64,000 bases of DNA from contig CALWZG010000055.1 of the NCBI GenBank assembly GCA_944385965.1, positions 8,018 to 72,017 of the forward strand. Direction: 5' to 3'. Made by a program: the position numbers and the translations under genes. Below the pieces are notes generated by a model that was given only the letters and a program-made list of their open reading frames with translations, was not told where the DNA came from and ran no database searches. Shown here in pieces: positions 54,405-62,549 of the stretch. Origin of the DNA: an uncultured Anaerotruncus sp. Lineage in GTDB: Bacteria > Bacillota > Clostridia > Oscillospirales > Ruminococcaceae. How positions within the stretch are numbered: the first letter of the stretch is position 1; each line of letters opens with the position of its first letter.

Positions 54405-55835
54405 TTAAATGCGGGTGACCGAGATGGCGTCGGAAATGGTTTTTTCCTTGGCTTCCCGGCCATATTTGTTCACCTCATTCTTGTCCTTGGGGGCATGGGA
54501 GATGCAAGCCGCTCCTCCGATACATCCTCCCACACAGGCCATACCCTCGATGAAATTTTCCGGCAGCACGCCTTTGCCCGCTTTCAGCAAGGCTACCTTA
54601 CACTGCTCAATTCCATCGCAGGCCACCGCCTTCAGGTCAAAGTCGCTGCCCTGTTCCTTCAGCGCCTGGGCCACTGCGTCAGACAGACCGCCGCTGCGGG
54701 CGAAGATTCTTCCATAATAGGAAGCATTGTCCAGCACATCGTCCGGCTGCTCCTCTGGGCAGACCTTTCTGGCGTCAAAGAGGGCCTGCAATTCCTCGAA
54801 GGTCAGCACCAGGTCAATCCCAACCACCTCCGGTTTCTGGAACTCCATCTTTTTGGCGGTGCAGGGGCCAATAAACACACACTTGGCCTGGGGGTCAATC
54901 CGTTTGATAAAACGGGCTACCGCTTCCATCGGGGAAGGATTGTGAGAAACCTTATCCACCAGATTGGGGAAGGATTTTTGAATGTAGGACACAAAAGCGG
55001 GACAGCAGGAACTGGTCAGGAACCCTTTCTCGGCCAGCTCGGCCGCCTCGTCATAGGCCACCATATCCGCACCCAGAGCCGCTTCCACTACATCATGGAA
55101 CCCCAGCTTTTTCAGTCCCGCTACCACTTGGCCTATTTTGGCGTAGGTAAACTGGCTGGAAATAGAGGGGGCTACCACCGCATACACCCGATATTTCTGA
55201 TTGTGCTCACTGTCCTTCATGAGTTGGAGAACATCCAGGATAAAGGAACGGTCCACAATGGCCCCAAAGGGGCATTGATACGCACAGGCCCCGCAAGAGA
55301 TACATTTCTCATTATCAATCTCACAGGCATTGTCCTTATCCATAGAGATAGCCCCAATTTTGCAGGCATTCTCACAGGGGCGGGTATACTGCATAATGGC
55401 CGAATAGGGACAGGCTGCGGCGCAGCGGCCACATTCTATGCACTTTTCCTGGTCGATGCGGGCCCGGCCATCCACCACACTGATGGCATTGGTAGGGCAA
55501 GCATGCTCACAGCGGTGGGCAAGGCATCCCCGACAGGCCTTCCCTACATGGTAACGGTCCACTGTACACTCATCACAGGCAATCTTAATCACCTGGATGA
55601 CATTGGCATTGCCTTTCTCGCCGCCCATAGCCATTTTCAGCTGTTCCCCTACAATCGCCCGTTCTTTATAAATACAGCAGCGGGCAATGGGTTTCGGCCC
55701 AGGAATGATTTCCAAAGGAGCGTCATGGTAAATGTCCACCATTTCGTCCCTGTCAAAATGCTCCACCACACTTTTGAGCACCTTATATTTCATCAATTGC
55801 ACATTTGTATCGAAGCTTCTCTCCGTAGCTTCCAT
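54405..55835 (-). CDS. hydA: monomeric catalytic-type [FeFe]-hydrogenase with N-terminal multi-[4Fe-4S] domain
   Basis: H-cluster motifs LTSSCCPAFV, IGPCTAKKMEF and IEGMACVGGCIGGA. N-terminal ferredoxin-like CIECGRCAAACP and CISCGACAYQCP. GAGGAGGG RBS before ATG 55835 (MEATERSF). Confidence 0.9.
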   Translation of the reverse strand: MEATERSFDTNVQLMKYKVLKSVVEHFDRDEMVDIYHDAPLEIIPGPKPIARCCIYKERAIVGEQLKMAMGGEKGNANVIQVIKIACDECTVDRYHVGKACRGCLAHRCEHACPTNAISVVDGRARIDQEKCIECGRCAAACPYSAIMQYTRPCENACKIGAISMDKDNACEIDNEKCISCGACAYQCPFGAIVDRSFILDVLQLMKDSEHNQKYRVYAVVAPSISSQFTYAKIGQVVAGLKKLGFHDVVEAALGADMVAYDEAAELAEKGFLTSSCCPAFVSYIQKSFPNLVDKVSHNPSPMEAVARFIKRIDPQAKCVFIGPCTAKKMEFQKPEVVGIDLVLTFEELQALFDARKVCPEEQPDDVLDNASYYGRIFARSGGLSDAVAQALKEQGSDFDLKAVACDGIEQCKVALLKAGKGVLPENFIEGMACVGGCIGGAACISHAPKDKNEVNKYGREAKEKTISDAISVTRI

Positions 55836-55878
55836 AGGATTCCCTCCTCGTTCCAATTCCAGCGTTTCCCTTAGCTGC

Positions 55879-57054
55879 TCAATAATAACTTACCTCTACC
55901 CGCTTGCCCATCTTCTCCAGGAATTTCGCCAAATCTTCAATCATACGCAGTTTGATGGAAAAATCTATGGACATCTTAGGGTTTTGATGGGCCGGGTTCA
56001 TGGCCCGGCCCACAAACAGGTTCACATCGGTAGCCTCCTCAAACAGCATCTGGGCGATGCGGGAAGCTCCATCCTGTTTGCCTACCCAATCGCTGCGGGT
56101 CCCCAGGGAAGCGGTATATTCTTTGGCCAATTCCACCACCCTCCCCATGGTAATGACTCCCTCGGTACACAAATCCACCCCGTTGATAAATCCAATAGGA
56201 GGGATTTCCGGGTCCAGATAATCCAGACAGGTCTTAACAGTGGTGCCAAGATACCGGGCTACCAGAGAGGATGTAGTGCCTCCGCAGACAATCTTTTTCC
56301 CCTCGTGGGAGAAAAAGCGTTCCATCACCTTCTGGTCATCCTCCTTGTTGACCGGCGGCCCAATCATCAGGCTGATGGTCTGACGTCGGCGCACCCGCAC
56401 CACCGCCACAGTGGTGTCATCCCCTGGATGGTCCAGATAAAGCTCCCGGCAAGCCTCACTAACCAGGGAGGCAATGGCCCGGGCGGTCATATCGTGGTGA
56501 TACTTCCGCTCCACATAAGCTACCACATTGGGCCATTCCCAGCCAAAATTCAGCAGACTGCCCACCCCGGCGTGAATCACCCCATCGCTCATGGCGATAA
56601 ACACATCCCCCAGTTTGGCCGGAAACTGGGATTCCTGAATTTTCTTTCCCGCGATAATCTTTTCCTCTTTGGGATAATCGTAACTTTTACCCTCCCGCAG
56701 GCAGATTACATCAGGGTTATCAAACTGGATTAAGCGGATATCCCCATTGGTGCAGCTGTTGATGATGGTAAATGTGGAGTAGGCCACCCCCCGCACCGAA
56801 CAAACAGGCAGGGTTTGGGCGATGGTGGAAACACATTCCTCCACCGGCATCCCGGAATCAAACATGGTGGCGATGATTTTGGAGGTCAGCGTGGACAGAA
56901 TATTCGCCTTCACCCCGCTGCCCAAGCCATCCGCCAACACCATGGTGAAACCGCCGTTGATGCTGTTCCCTTTCACCTCAACCCGGTCCCCGCAGAGCTG
57001 CTCCCCATTTTTGTTCAGGCTGATGTAGGCGTGTTCCAAAAACAAGCGGTCCAT
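55879..57054 (-). CDS. PP2C/SpoIIE-family serine phosphatase with an uncharacterised C-terminal domain
   Basis: N-terminal CGDRVEV...FTMVLADGLGSGVKANILS...IAMSDGVIHAG is a SpoIIE/PP2C pattern. The C-terminal ~190 aa (KKIVCGGTTSSLVARYLG...) is unassigned. The start lies 1 nt after the hydS stop. Confidence 0.85.
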   Translation of the reverse strand: MDRLFLEHAYISLNKNGEQLCGDRVEVKGNSINGGFTMVLADGLGSGVKANILSTLTSKIIATMFDSGMPVEECVSTIAQTLPVCSVRGVAYSTFTIINSCTNGDIRLIQFDNPDVICLREGKSYDYPKEEKIIAGKKIQESQFPAKLGDVFIAMSDGVIHAGVGSLLNFGWEWPNVVAYVERKYHHDMTARAIASLVSEACRELYLDHPGDDTTVAVVRVRRRQTISLMIGPPVNKEDDQKVMERFFSHEGKKIVCGGTTSSLVARYLGTTVKTCLDYLDPEIPPIGFINGVDLCTEGVITMGRVVELAKEYTASLGTRSDWVGKQDGASRIAQMLFEEATDVNLFVGRAMNPAHQNPKMSIDFSIKLRMIEDLAKFLEKMGKRVEVSYY

Positions 57055-57055
57055 A

Positions 57056-58756
57056 TCAGTCGTCCTCCGAAAGCACTGTGGTTTTAATCTGGGAAAGGGC
57101 TACCTTGGTTTCTGCGGTGGTCTCCCCCAGCAGGGATGCGATTTCCTGTACAATGCGCATCTGCTTCTCAATCACCTTGTCGGTAATGTCAATGGTCCTG
57201 GCCCGGCGTTCCTTATATTTCTCGTGCTGGTCGTGCTCCAATGTGATGTCCTTAAAAATTCCAAACAGCAGCTGGTGCTCGCTGTCCAGCACCACCGTCA
57301 ATTCCACATACTTGTTATATTCCTCTAAATACAGCTTTTTGTCGATGATGTCGTTGCCTGACTCCAGCACCTGCTTAAACTCTGCGGGGTCCATCAGACG
57401 GGACACCTCACGTCCCACACAAAATTCCATATCCCGCACATGGAACATATGTAGCGCCGGCATATTCATCCTCTGAATTTTCAGCTTGTCATCCAATACC
57501 AGAATGGCGTTGGGGGAAATATTAAATACATTATCGGAAAAGGATTTTGTCTTAGCCAGCAGGAAGGGCAGACACATGGTCACATCCGCCTTCCCGTTAT
57601 ATACGGCGATGGCCTTCTCTCGGCAGGTGGGGTAACCGCAGCTGCCGCAGTTGAGCACATGTCTGGGCAGGGTTTTGCCCATCTGGCGCATAATCTCCTG
57701 GATGGCCTCCTCTGGCGGCTCCTGCCTGCGTATCTCCTCATTGCGAATCATCCTGGACATGGGATAACAGGCTGGAAACTCAAAGTCCCGCTCCTGGGTC
57801 TTGTCCGGCCGGGCGTAAATATCCACCCGCATTTTGCTTTTCAGCAGAGACTCGCTGAACGCTTTGCACATAGAGCCGTTGATACAGCCCCCTTCGCAGG
57901 CGTACATCTCCACAAAGCAGCGCTGCATATTTCCTTCCTTAATCTCCCGGATGGCAGAAATACAGTTGCGCATCCCATCCACCGCTACATATTGATAACC
58001 GTTCTGCTCCAGCTTGCGGCTCATGCAGGCCACCACGCCGCCAGTCCTGGCGAACAGGCGGGACATGCGGCCATCCGTCTTTTTGACCTCGCAGGTTTCC
58101 ACCTGGATGCCCTTCTGCCGGAACCATTTTTTCAGCTCCTCAAAGGTCAGCACCCAATCCACAAACCCTGGATACTTCTGGGCCTCATCCTTACGAGCCA
58201 GGCAGGGACCAATATAAACCACACAGGCCCCAGGGAATTCCGCCCGAATCTTCTGCCCGGAGGCCAGCATGGGGGACAGCACCGGTGCCAGATAAGGAAG
58301 CGCCTGGGGATGGTATTTCTGGATAAGCCGCACCACCGTGTCACAGCAGGAAGAAATCAGCACATCCGGTTTATCCTCCTCAATCATCCGCTCATATTCG
58401 GTTTTCACCAGGTAGGCCCCTTCTGCCGTTTCCCGCACCTCGGAAAATCCCAGCTGCTTGAGATAGCTTCCCATCATGTCGATTCCCGCCACATGGAACT
58501 CACTGATAAAGGATGGGTCCACACTGGCTATCACCTGGCGGCCCTCCCCTATGGCTCCAATGACATCGGTCAAATCGTCCCGAACAATTTTGGCGTGCTG
58601 AGGGCAGGCGTCTACACAGTTTCCGCAGAGGATGCACTCCTCATTGATGATTTTCGCCTGCTTATCCACAAAACGGATGGACTTTACCGGACAGTACCGC
58701 ACACACTTGTGACAATTCTCACAATTGGCCCGCCGCTGGGTCAGGACATCGTTCAT
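57056..58756 (-). CDS. hydS: sensory-type (group C, HydS-like) [FeFe]-hydrogenase with extra Cys4 motif and C-terminal PAS-like domain
   Basis: Two N-terminal 4Fe-4S motifs (CENCHKCVRYCP, CILCGNCVDACP). Variant H-cluster motifs ISSCCDTV, IGPCLARKDE and EMYACEGGCINGS. Then CGSCGYPTC-x16-C (Cx2Cx4Cx16C) and a PAS-like tail of about 150 aa (NISPNAILVLDDKLKIQRMN...). Confidence 0.85.
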   Translation of the reverse strand: MNDVLTQRRANCENCHKCVRYCPVKSIRFVDKQAKIINEECILCGNCVDACPQHAKIVRDDLTDVIGAIGEGRQVIASVDPSFISEFHVAGIDMMGSYLKQLGFSEVRETAEGAYLVKTEYERMIEEDKPDVLISSCCDTVVRLIQKYHPQALPYLAPVLSPMLASGQKIRAEFPGACVVYIGPCLARKDEAQKYPGFVDWVLTFEELKKWFRQKGIQVETCEVKKTDGRMSRLFARTGGVVACMSRKLEQNGYQYVAVDGMRNCISAIREIKEGNMQRCFVEMYACEGGCINGSMCKAFSESLLKSKMRVDIYARPDKTQERDFEFPACYPMSRMIRNEEIRRQEPPEEAIQEIMRQMGKTLPRHVLNCGSCGYPTCREKAIAVYNGKADVTMCLPFLLAKTKSFSDNVFNISPNAILVLDDKLKIQRMNMPALHMFHVRDMEFCVGREVSRLMDPAEFKQVLESGNDIIDKKLYLEEYNKYVELTVVLDSEHQLLFGIFKDITLEHDQHEKYKERRARTIDITDKVIEKQMRIVQEIASLLGETTAETKVALSQIKTTVLSEDD

Positions 58757-59004
58757 TTTATATCCAGCTCCTTCATGACCTTTTCACGGAAAATCTGCTC
58801 AATATTGTCCACGTTTACCCCTGTAACAAGTTCCTCATTGATTTTCATGGTCACACCATCCTGACAATGCCCCAGGCAAAAGGAGGCGTTCAGGCTTACC
58901 TGGTCCTCCAGGTGGTTTTCCGCCACCAGCCGTTTCAAAGCCGCGATAATATTATAAGACCCCTTCAAATGACAGGAACTCCCAATGCAAACGTAAATCT
59001 CCAT
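58753..59004 (-). CDS. thioredoxin-like [2Fe-2S] ferredoxin domain protein
   Basis: 83 aa. CIGSSCHLKG...CLGHCQDG four-Cys pattern (NuoE/HndA-like). ATGA overlap with hydS. AGGAGGT RBS. Confidence 0.8.
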   Translation of the reverse strand: MEIYVCIGSSCHLKGSYNIIAALKRLVAENHLEDQVSLNASFCLGHCQDGVTMKINEELVTGVNVDNIEQIFREKVMKELDIK

Positions 59005-59108
59005 ATTGTGTACCTCCTATTCGCGGACCATTCACCAATGGCCTGCTTTCCTGATAGCTCAAGGATACTATAAAATGTTTGTTTTTTCAATAACTATCTT
59101 ATCTGTCG

Positions 59109-59642
59109 TCAGCGCAGCAGCTTCCGCCTGGCCTTATAATCCGGCATCAGACTGGCCATCATTTGATGAAATCCAGACTGATGGTTGGGATGCAGGAAAT
59201 GAACATACTCATGCAGCACCACATACTCCAAAGCCTCCAGGGGCTGGTCCATCAACCGCTTGTTCAGGGTGATGCGATTTTTCCCCACATGGCACACCCC
59301 CCACCGGGATTTCATCCACCGCACCCGCAGCTGAGGCTTTTCAGGGCATATCTCCCGAAACAGAGGATAAATCCGGTCGCTTACCGGCTGGAAAAACGCC
59401 AGACACGCCTCATCGGTATACTTATCCCTGTCCTCCTCCGGGTTCTCCCCGGTCAGCCGGCTTCTGGCTTTAAGAATCCACTCCCGTTTGGATGCCACAA
59501 AGCGGTCGATTTCCCTCAGCGGCACCCGCTTGGGGGCGGAAACCCCCAGGGTGCCATCCCATCGTACCCGCAGATTCAAGTTTTTTACCTTCTTGCGGGT
59601 CAGCTCGTACGTCAGCCCGTCTATCATCCGATACTGCCCCAT
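59109..59642 (-). CDS. YgjP-like (DUF45/M48-type) metal-dependent hydrolase
   Basis: VVLHEYVHFLHPNH zinc motif. Start taken at MGQYRMIDG (ATG 59642, GGAAGGTGG RBS). Confidence 0.8.
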   Translation of the reverse strand: MGQYRMIDGLTYELTRKKVKNLNLRVRWDGTLGVSAPKRVPLREIDRFVASKREWILKARSRLTGENPEEDRDKYTDEACLAFFQPVSDRIYPLFREICPEKPQLRVRWMKSRWGVCHVGKNRITLNKRLMDQPLEALEYVVLHEYVHFLHPNHQSGFHQMMASLMPDYKARRKLLR

Positions 59643-59668
59643 TTCGTCCACCTTCCTATGGAAGCAAC

Positions 59669-60613
59669 TCAGCAGATTACGTTTTGAGGCGCCCCATCCA
59701 GCCACTTTTGAATGTTCTCAAAGACGATGACCGCCCGTTTTTCCATAGATTCCGCCGTAGCGAAGGCTACATGAGGGGTGAGGATGGTGTTTTTGGCTTG
59801 TACTAAGGGATGGTCCTGAGCAATAGGCGGTTCTCCCTCAAACACATCAATCCCTGCTCCCGCCAAGGCTCCGCTGTTTAAGGCATCCGCCAGCGCCTGG
59901 GAATCCACCACCGGTCCCCGGGCTGTATTGATGAGCAGGGCGGAGGGCTTCATCAGCGCCAGCCGTTCTCTGTTGATAAGCCCTTTGGTTTCCGGGGTCA
60001 CTGGAACATGCAGGGATACAATATCACAGGTGGAAAGCAGGGTATCCAGCTCCACATAACGCACCCCTGGAAGGTCTTTCTTGGTGCGGCTGTAAGCGTA
60101 AACCTCACACCCAAAGGCGTTGGCGATGGCGGCGCAGCGGGTTCCAATGGCTCCTGTTCCAATAACACCAAATTTCTTGCCCTCCAGCTCAAAACCAATC
60201 AGACCGTTTTTGGTGCCTCCTGTTCGGGTGGCTTTATCGCAGGCCCGGAGCCGCCGGTAAAGGCTGATAATCATGCCAAACACCAAATCCACCACCGCTA
60301 CTGTGGAATATCCTGCACAGTTGCAGACAGTTATCCCCTTTTCCTTGCAATAATCCACGTCCACATGGTCCACCCCGGTGAACGCTACACAAACCATCTT
60401 CAGTTTGGGACAGTGTTCCAAAACCGCTTTTCTATATTGAAAATTGGAAAGGACTACAATCTCTGCATCCTGACTCCGCTCAATCAAGGTGGGCACATCC
60501 TCCACCCTGGTGTCATAATAGACAAGCTCTACCCGGCTGCCTAACGTCTGTTGGGCCAAGGAAAACAACGCTTCTTTCTCAATTCCCAGAGGCTCTAAAA
60601 TGGCTAATTTCAT
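59669..60613 (-). CDS. D-isomer-specific 2-hydroxyacid dehydrogenase family protein
   Basis: GVIGTGAIG NAD fold, LINTARG and a C-terminal TPHVAFAT catalytic His region. Confidence 0.9.
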   Translation of the reverse strand: MKLAILEPLGIEKEALFSLAQQTLGSRVELVYYDTRVEDVPTLIERSQDAEIVVLSNFQYRKAVLEHCPKLKMVCVAFTGVDHVDVDYCKEKGITVCNCAGYSTVAVVDLVFGMIISLYRRLRACDKATRTGGTKNGLIGFELEGKKFGVIGTGAIGTRCAAIANAFGCEVYAYSRTKKDLPGVRYVELDTLLSTCDIVSLHVPVTPETKGLINRERLALMKPSALLINTARGPVVDSQALADALNSGALAGAGIDVFEGEPPIAQDHPLVQAKNTILTPHVAFATAESMEKRAVIVFENIQKWLDGAPQNVIC

Positions 60614-60779
60614 CTTTTCCGCTCCTTATCTAAAGTTTAATCCCATCATAGCGTTTTCATACCACTTTGTCCAGGGTGTATTTGATTTTCAAAAGAAATA
60701 TGGTAGAATAACCCCAGAGCGGCGATTCTGCCTTTCTATGGCCAGAAAACCGAAATTGTCATTGAAAAAAAGGGTGAGG

Positions 60780-61004
60780 ATGATGAAATCAAATATCAAA
60801 CAGGTTGTAGGAGCCATTTTAATGGTTTTGCAGCTTTTGGCCTGCATAGGCAATTTGATGGGAGGATGGAAAAACAGTGTTTTTTATATCACTTCCTTAC
60901 CGGAAGTGGTAGATTTGCTGCTGTTCTTAATCATAGGTTTCGTGGGTTTGGCTCTTTATCTCTTGGGGAACCGAGAGTTTAACCAGCAGGGCCCTAAACG
61001 TTAG
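60780..61004 (+). CDS. small two-TM membrane protein (hypothetical)
   Basis: MMKSNIKQVVGAILMVLQLLACIG...LLLFLIIGFVGLALYLLG. The start is uncertain (ATG 60738, 60780 or 60783). The upstream part of the 134-aa track ORF overlaps the dehydrogenase start and is not credible. Confidence 0.45.
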   Translation: MMKSNIKQVVGAILMVLQLLACIGNLMGGWKNSVFYITSLPEVVDLLLFLIIGFVGLALYLLGNREFNQQGPKR

Positions 61005-61134
61005 ATTCATTTTTCGTTCATTTTTTATTCATGGGCCTTTCCCATTTATCCAGTATATTGAAATTATTCCTCCAGCATCTGCCTTGGCGGGTTCTAACGC
61101 CAAGCCAATTTATCATGAAAAAGAGGGCTTTTCT

Positions 61135-61704
61135 ATGAAACATCTTTTATCTGGAGCGTTGGCCGCTGTTTGCGCAGTCTGTGTCAGTGTCAGCGCTTTC
61201 GCCGCCAGCGTTTCCCCAGTTTTATCCACCAGTTCCAGCTGCATGGGAACCCTTTCCCAATATGAGGCCATCCCCCCTGAGTTTGTGGATTGGTCCTTAT
61301 ATATGAAGAAGGGGAATCAGCTTTTCTACGCCATAACCCTCTGCCGAGTCACCGATGATTCCGGTAATTTATATCGGATAGACAAAACCGCTCAGCTAGC
61401 GGATTCCTCGGTTTTCCGCAAGAACATCGAGGTGAATACCAATCCATTAGCGGTGAAATCCATCGTTCCTATGGAAAATCAAGGAGATTTGGCCTGCTTG
61501 GCTTTAACCCTGGACCCTGATTTCTCCCTGTTTGAGCGCACGGTTATTGAGTTCTCCATTACCTATACTGCTTTGGAAGACACTTCTTTAGAGGTAAATA
61601 CCCTTGGTGAAGCATCCTCCTCTGTCCCTCTAGAAGTAAAAAAAGGTGCTAAAATCTCCTGTAACTACCGTGTTTTGATTGATGGAGAAACGGTTTTTCT
61701 GTAA
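61135..61704 (+). CDS. secreted protein of unknown function
   Basis: Signal peptide MKHLLSGALAAVCAVCVSVSAFAAS. AAGAGGG lies 8 nt upstream of ATG 61135. Confidence 0.7.
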   Translation: MKHLLSGALAAVCAVCVSVSAFAASVSPVLSTSSSCMGTLSQYEAIPPEFVDWSLYMKKGNQLFYAITLCRVTDDSGNLYRIDKTAQLADSSVFRKNIEVNTNPLAVKSIVPMENQGDLACLALTLDPDFSLFERTVIEFSITYTALEDTSLEVNTLGEASSSVPLEVKKGAKISCNYRVLIDGETVFL

Positions 61705-61720
61705 AAATTCAGCGAAATTG

Positions 61721-61755
61721 AAAAAACCAGGCCTGTTATCGGGCCTGGTTTTTTT
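61721..61755. terminator. bidirectional terminator between the secreted-protein gene and nadE
   Basis: AAAAAACCAGGCC-TGTTATCG-GGCCTGGTTTTTTT. Confidence 0.92.
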
Positions 61756-61811
61756 ATACAGGACTCTTTAAAGGGGTTGTTTCTACAAATTCCATCACTC
61801 ATATAAAAATA

Positions 61812-62549
61812 TCAAAGTGTCTGCGAGGAGCCGTAAGTGACTGGCAGATGTCGTTTATGAGCGCTGTCCCGATGCATTTTACTTGCTTTCTCCGGGGGCT
61901 GCTCTTTATGCCCTAACAGATAAAGGTCTACATCCCCATAGCGCACCCCCATCTCATCCTCATCCGTCTGGCCATCGTACAGACCCGCTGAAGGCGCTTT
62001 TTCAATCACTTCTGCCGGAGCGTCCAAAGCTTTTAAAAAGGCTAAAATCTCAGTAACCGTTAAGTCCCCAATGGGATTAAAGTCGTAAGCCCCATCCCCC
62101 CATTTGGTGAAATAACCCAAATACGCCTCGCTGCGGTTTCCGGTTCCCGCTACCAAACAGCTCTCGGTTTGAGCCAGGCTGTACAAGGTGGTCATCCGCA
62201 GGCGGGGCGCTATATTTTTCACTGCGGTTTCAGAGGGCGGACAAGCGGTTTCTTTCATGGCATCCAGCAGCGCTTGTCTCACCGGGGTCAAGTCCACCGT
62301 AAGGGTTTTTATATGAAACTGATGGGCTACCTTGAGACCATCTTCCATATCCTGCCCATAATTGCGGGAGGAATGGCAAGGCATAAGAACCCCTATGGTA
62401 TTGTCGCAGGCCATTTTGCACAGGATGCCCACCAAAGCGCTGTCTTTACCGCCGGAATTTCCATACACAATCCCTTTGGCACCAGCTTGCTTTAGTTGTT
62501 GGCGAATGAATTCTACCCGCAGACGGGTTTCCTCTTTCCAATCCCTCAT
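61812..62549 (-). CDS. nadE: ammonia-dependent NAD+ synthetase
   Basis: [13 protein letters not shown]-loop, [10 protein letters not shown] and YFTKWGDG. Confidence 0.9.
   Translation of the reverse strand: MRDWKEETRLRVEFIRQQLKQAGAKGIVYGNSGGKDSALVGILCKMACDNTIGVLMPCHSSRNYGQDMEDGLKVAHQFHIKTLTVDLTPVRQALLDAMKETACPPSETAVKNIAPRLRMTTLYSLAQTESCLVAGTGNRSEAYLGYFTKWGDGAYDFNPIGDLTVTEILAFLKALDAPAEVIEKAPSAGLYDGQTDEDEMGVRYGDVDLYLLGHKEQPPEKASKMHRDSAHKRHLPVTYGSSQTL

Noticed and set aside
53829-55874. A 681-aa plus-strand ORF spanning the rpiR 5' end, the intergenic terminator and all of hydA.
   Set aside because: It is antisense to two genes with clear family motifs. It has H/L/G/R-rich shadow-frame composition, no RBS, and runs straight through a rho-independent terminator. 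This is a typical stop-poor antisense frame.
57659-58864. A 401-aa plus-strand ORF opposite hydS.
   Set aside because: It is an antisense shadow frame of a motif-rich Fe-S protein gene, with H/L/G/P/R-biased composition.
59028-59041. A CCATT-CACC-AATGG palindrome containing TTGGTGAA (minus strand) upstream of the hydrogenase operon, considered as a Rex operator.
   Set aside because: Only one half resembles the TTGTGAA Rex half-site. The spacing and second half do not fit TTGTGAA-n4-6-TTCACAA.
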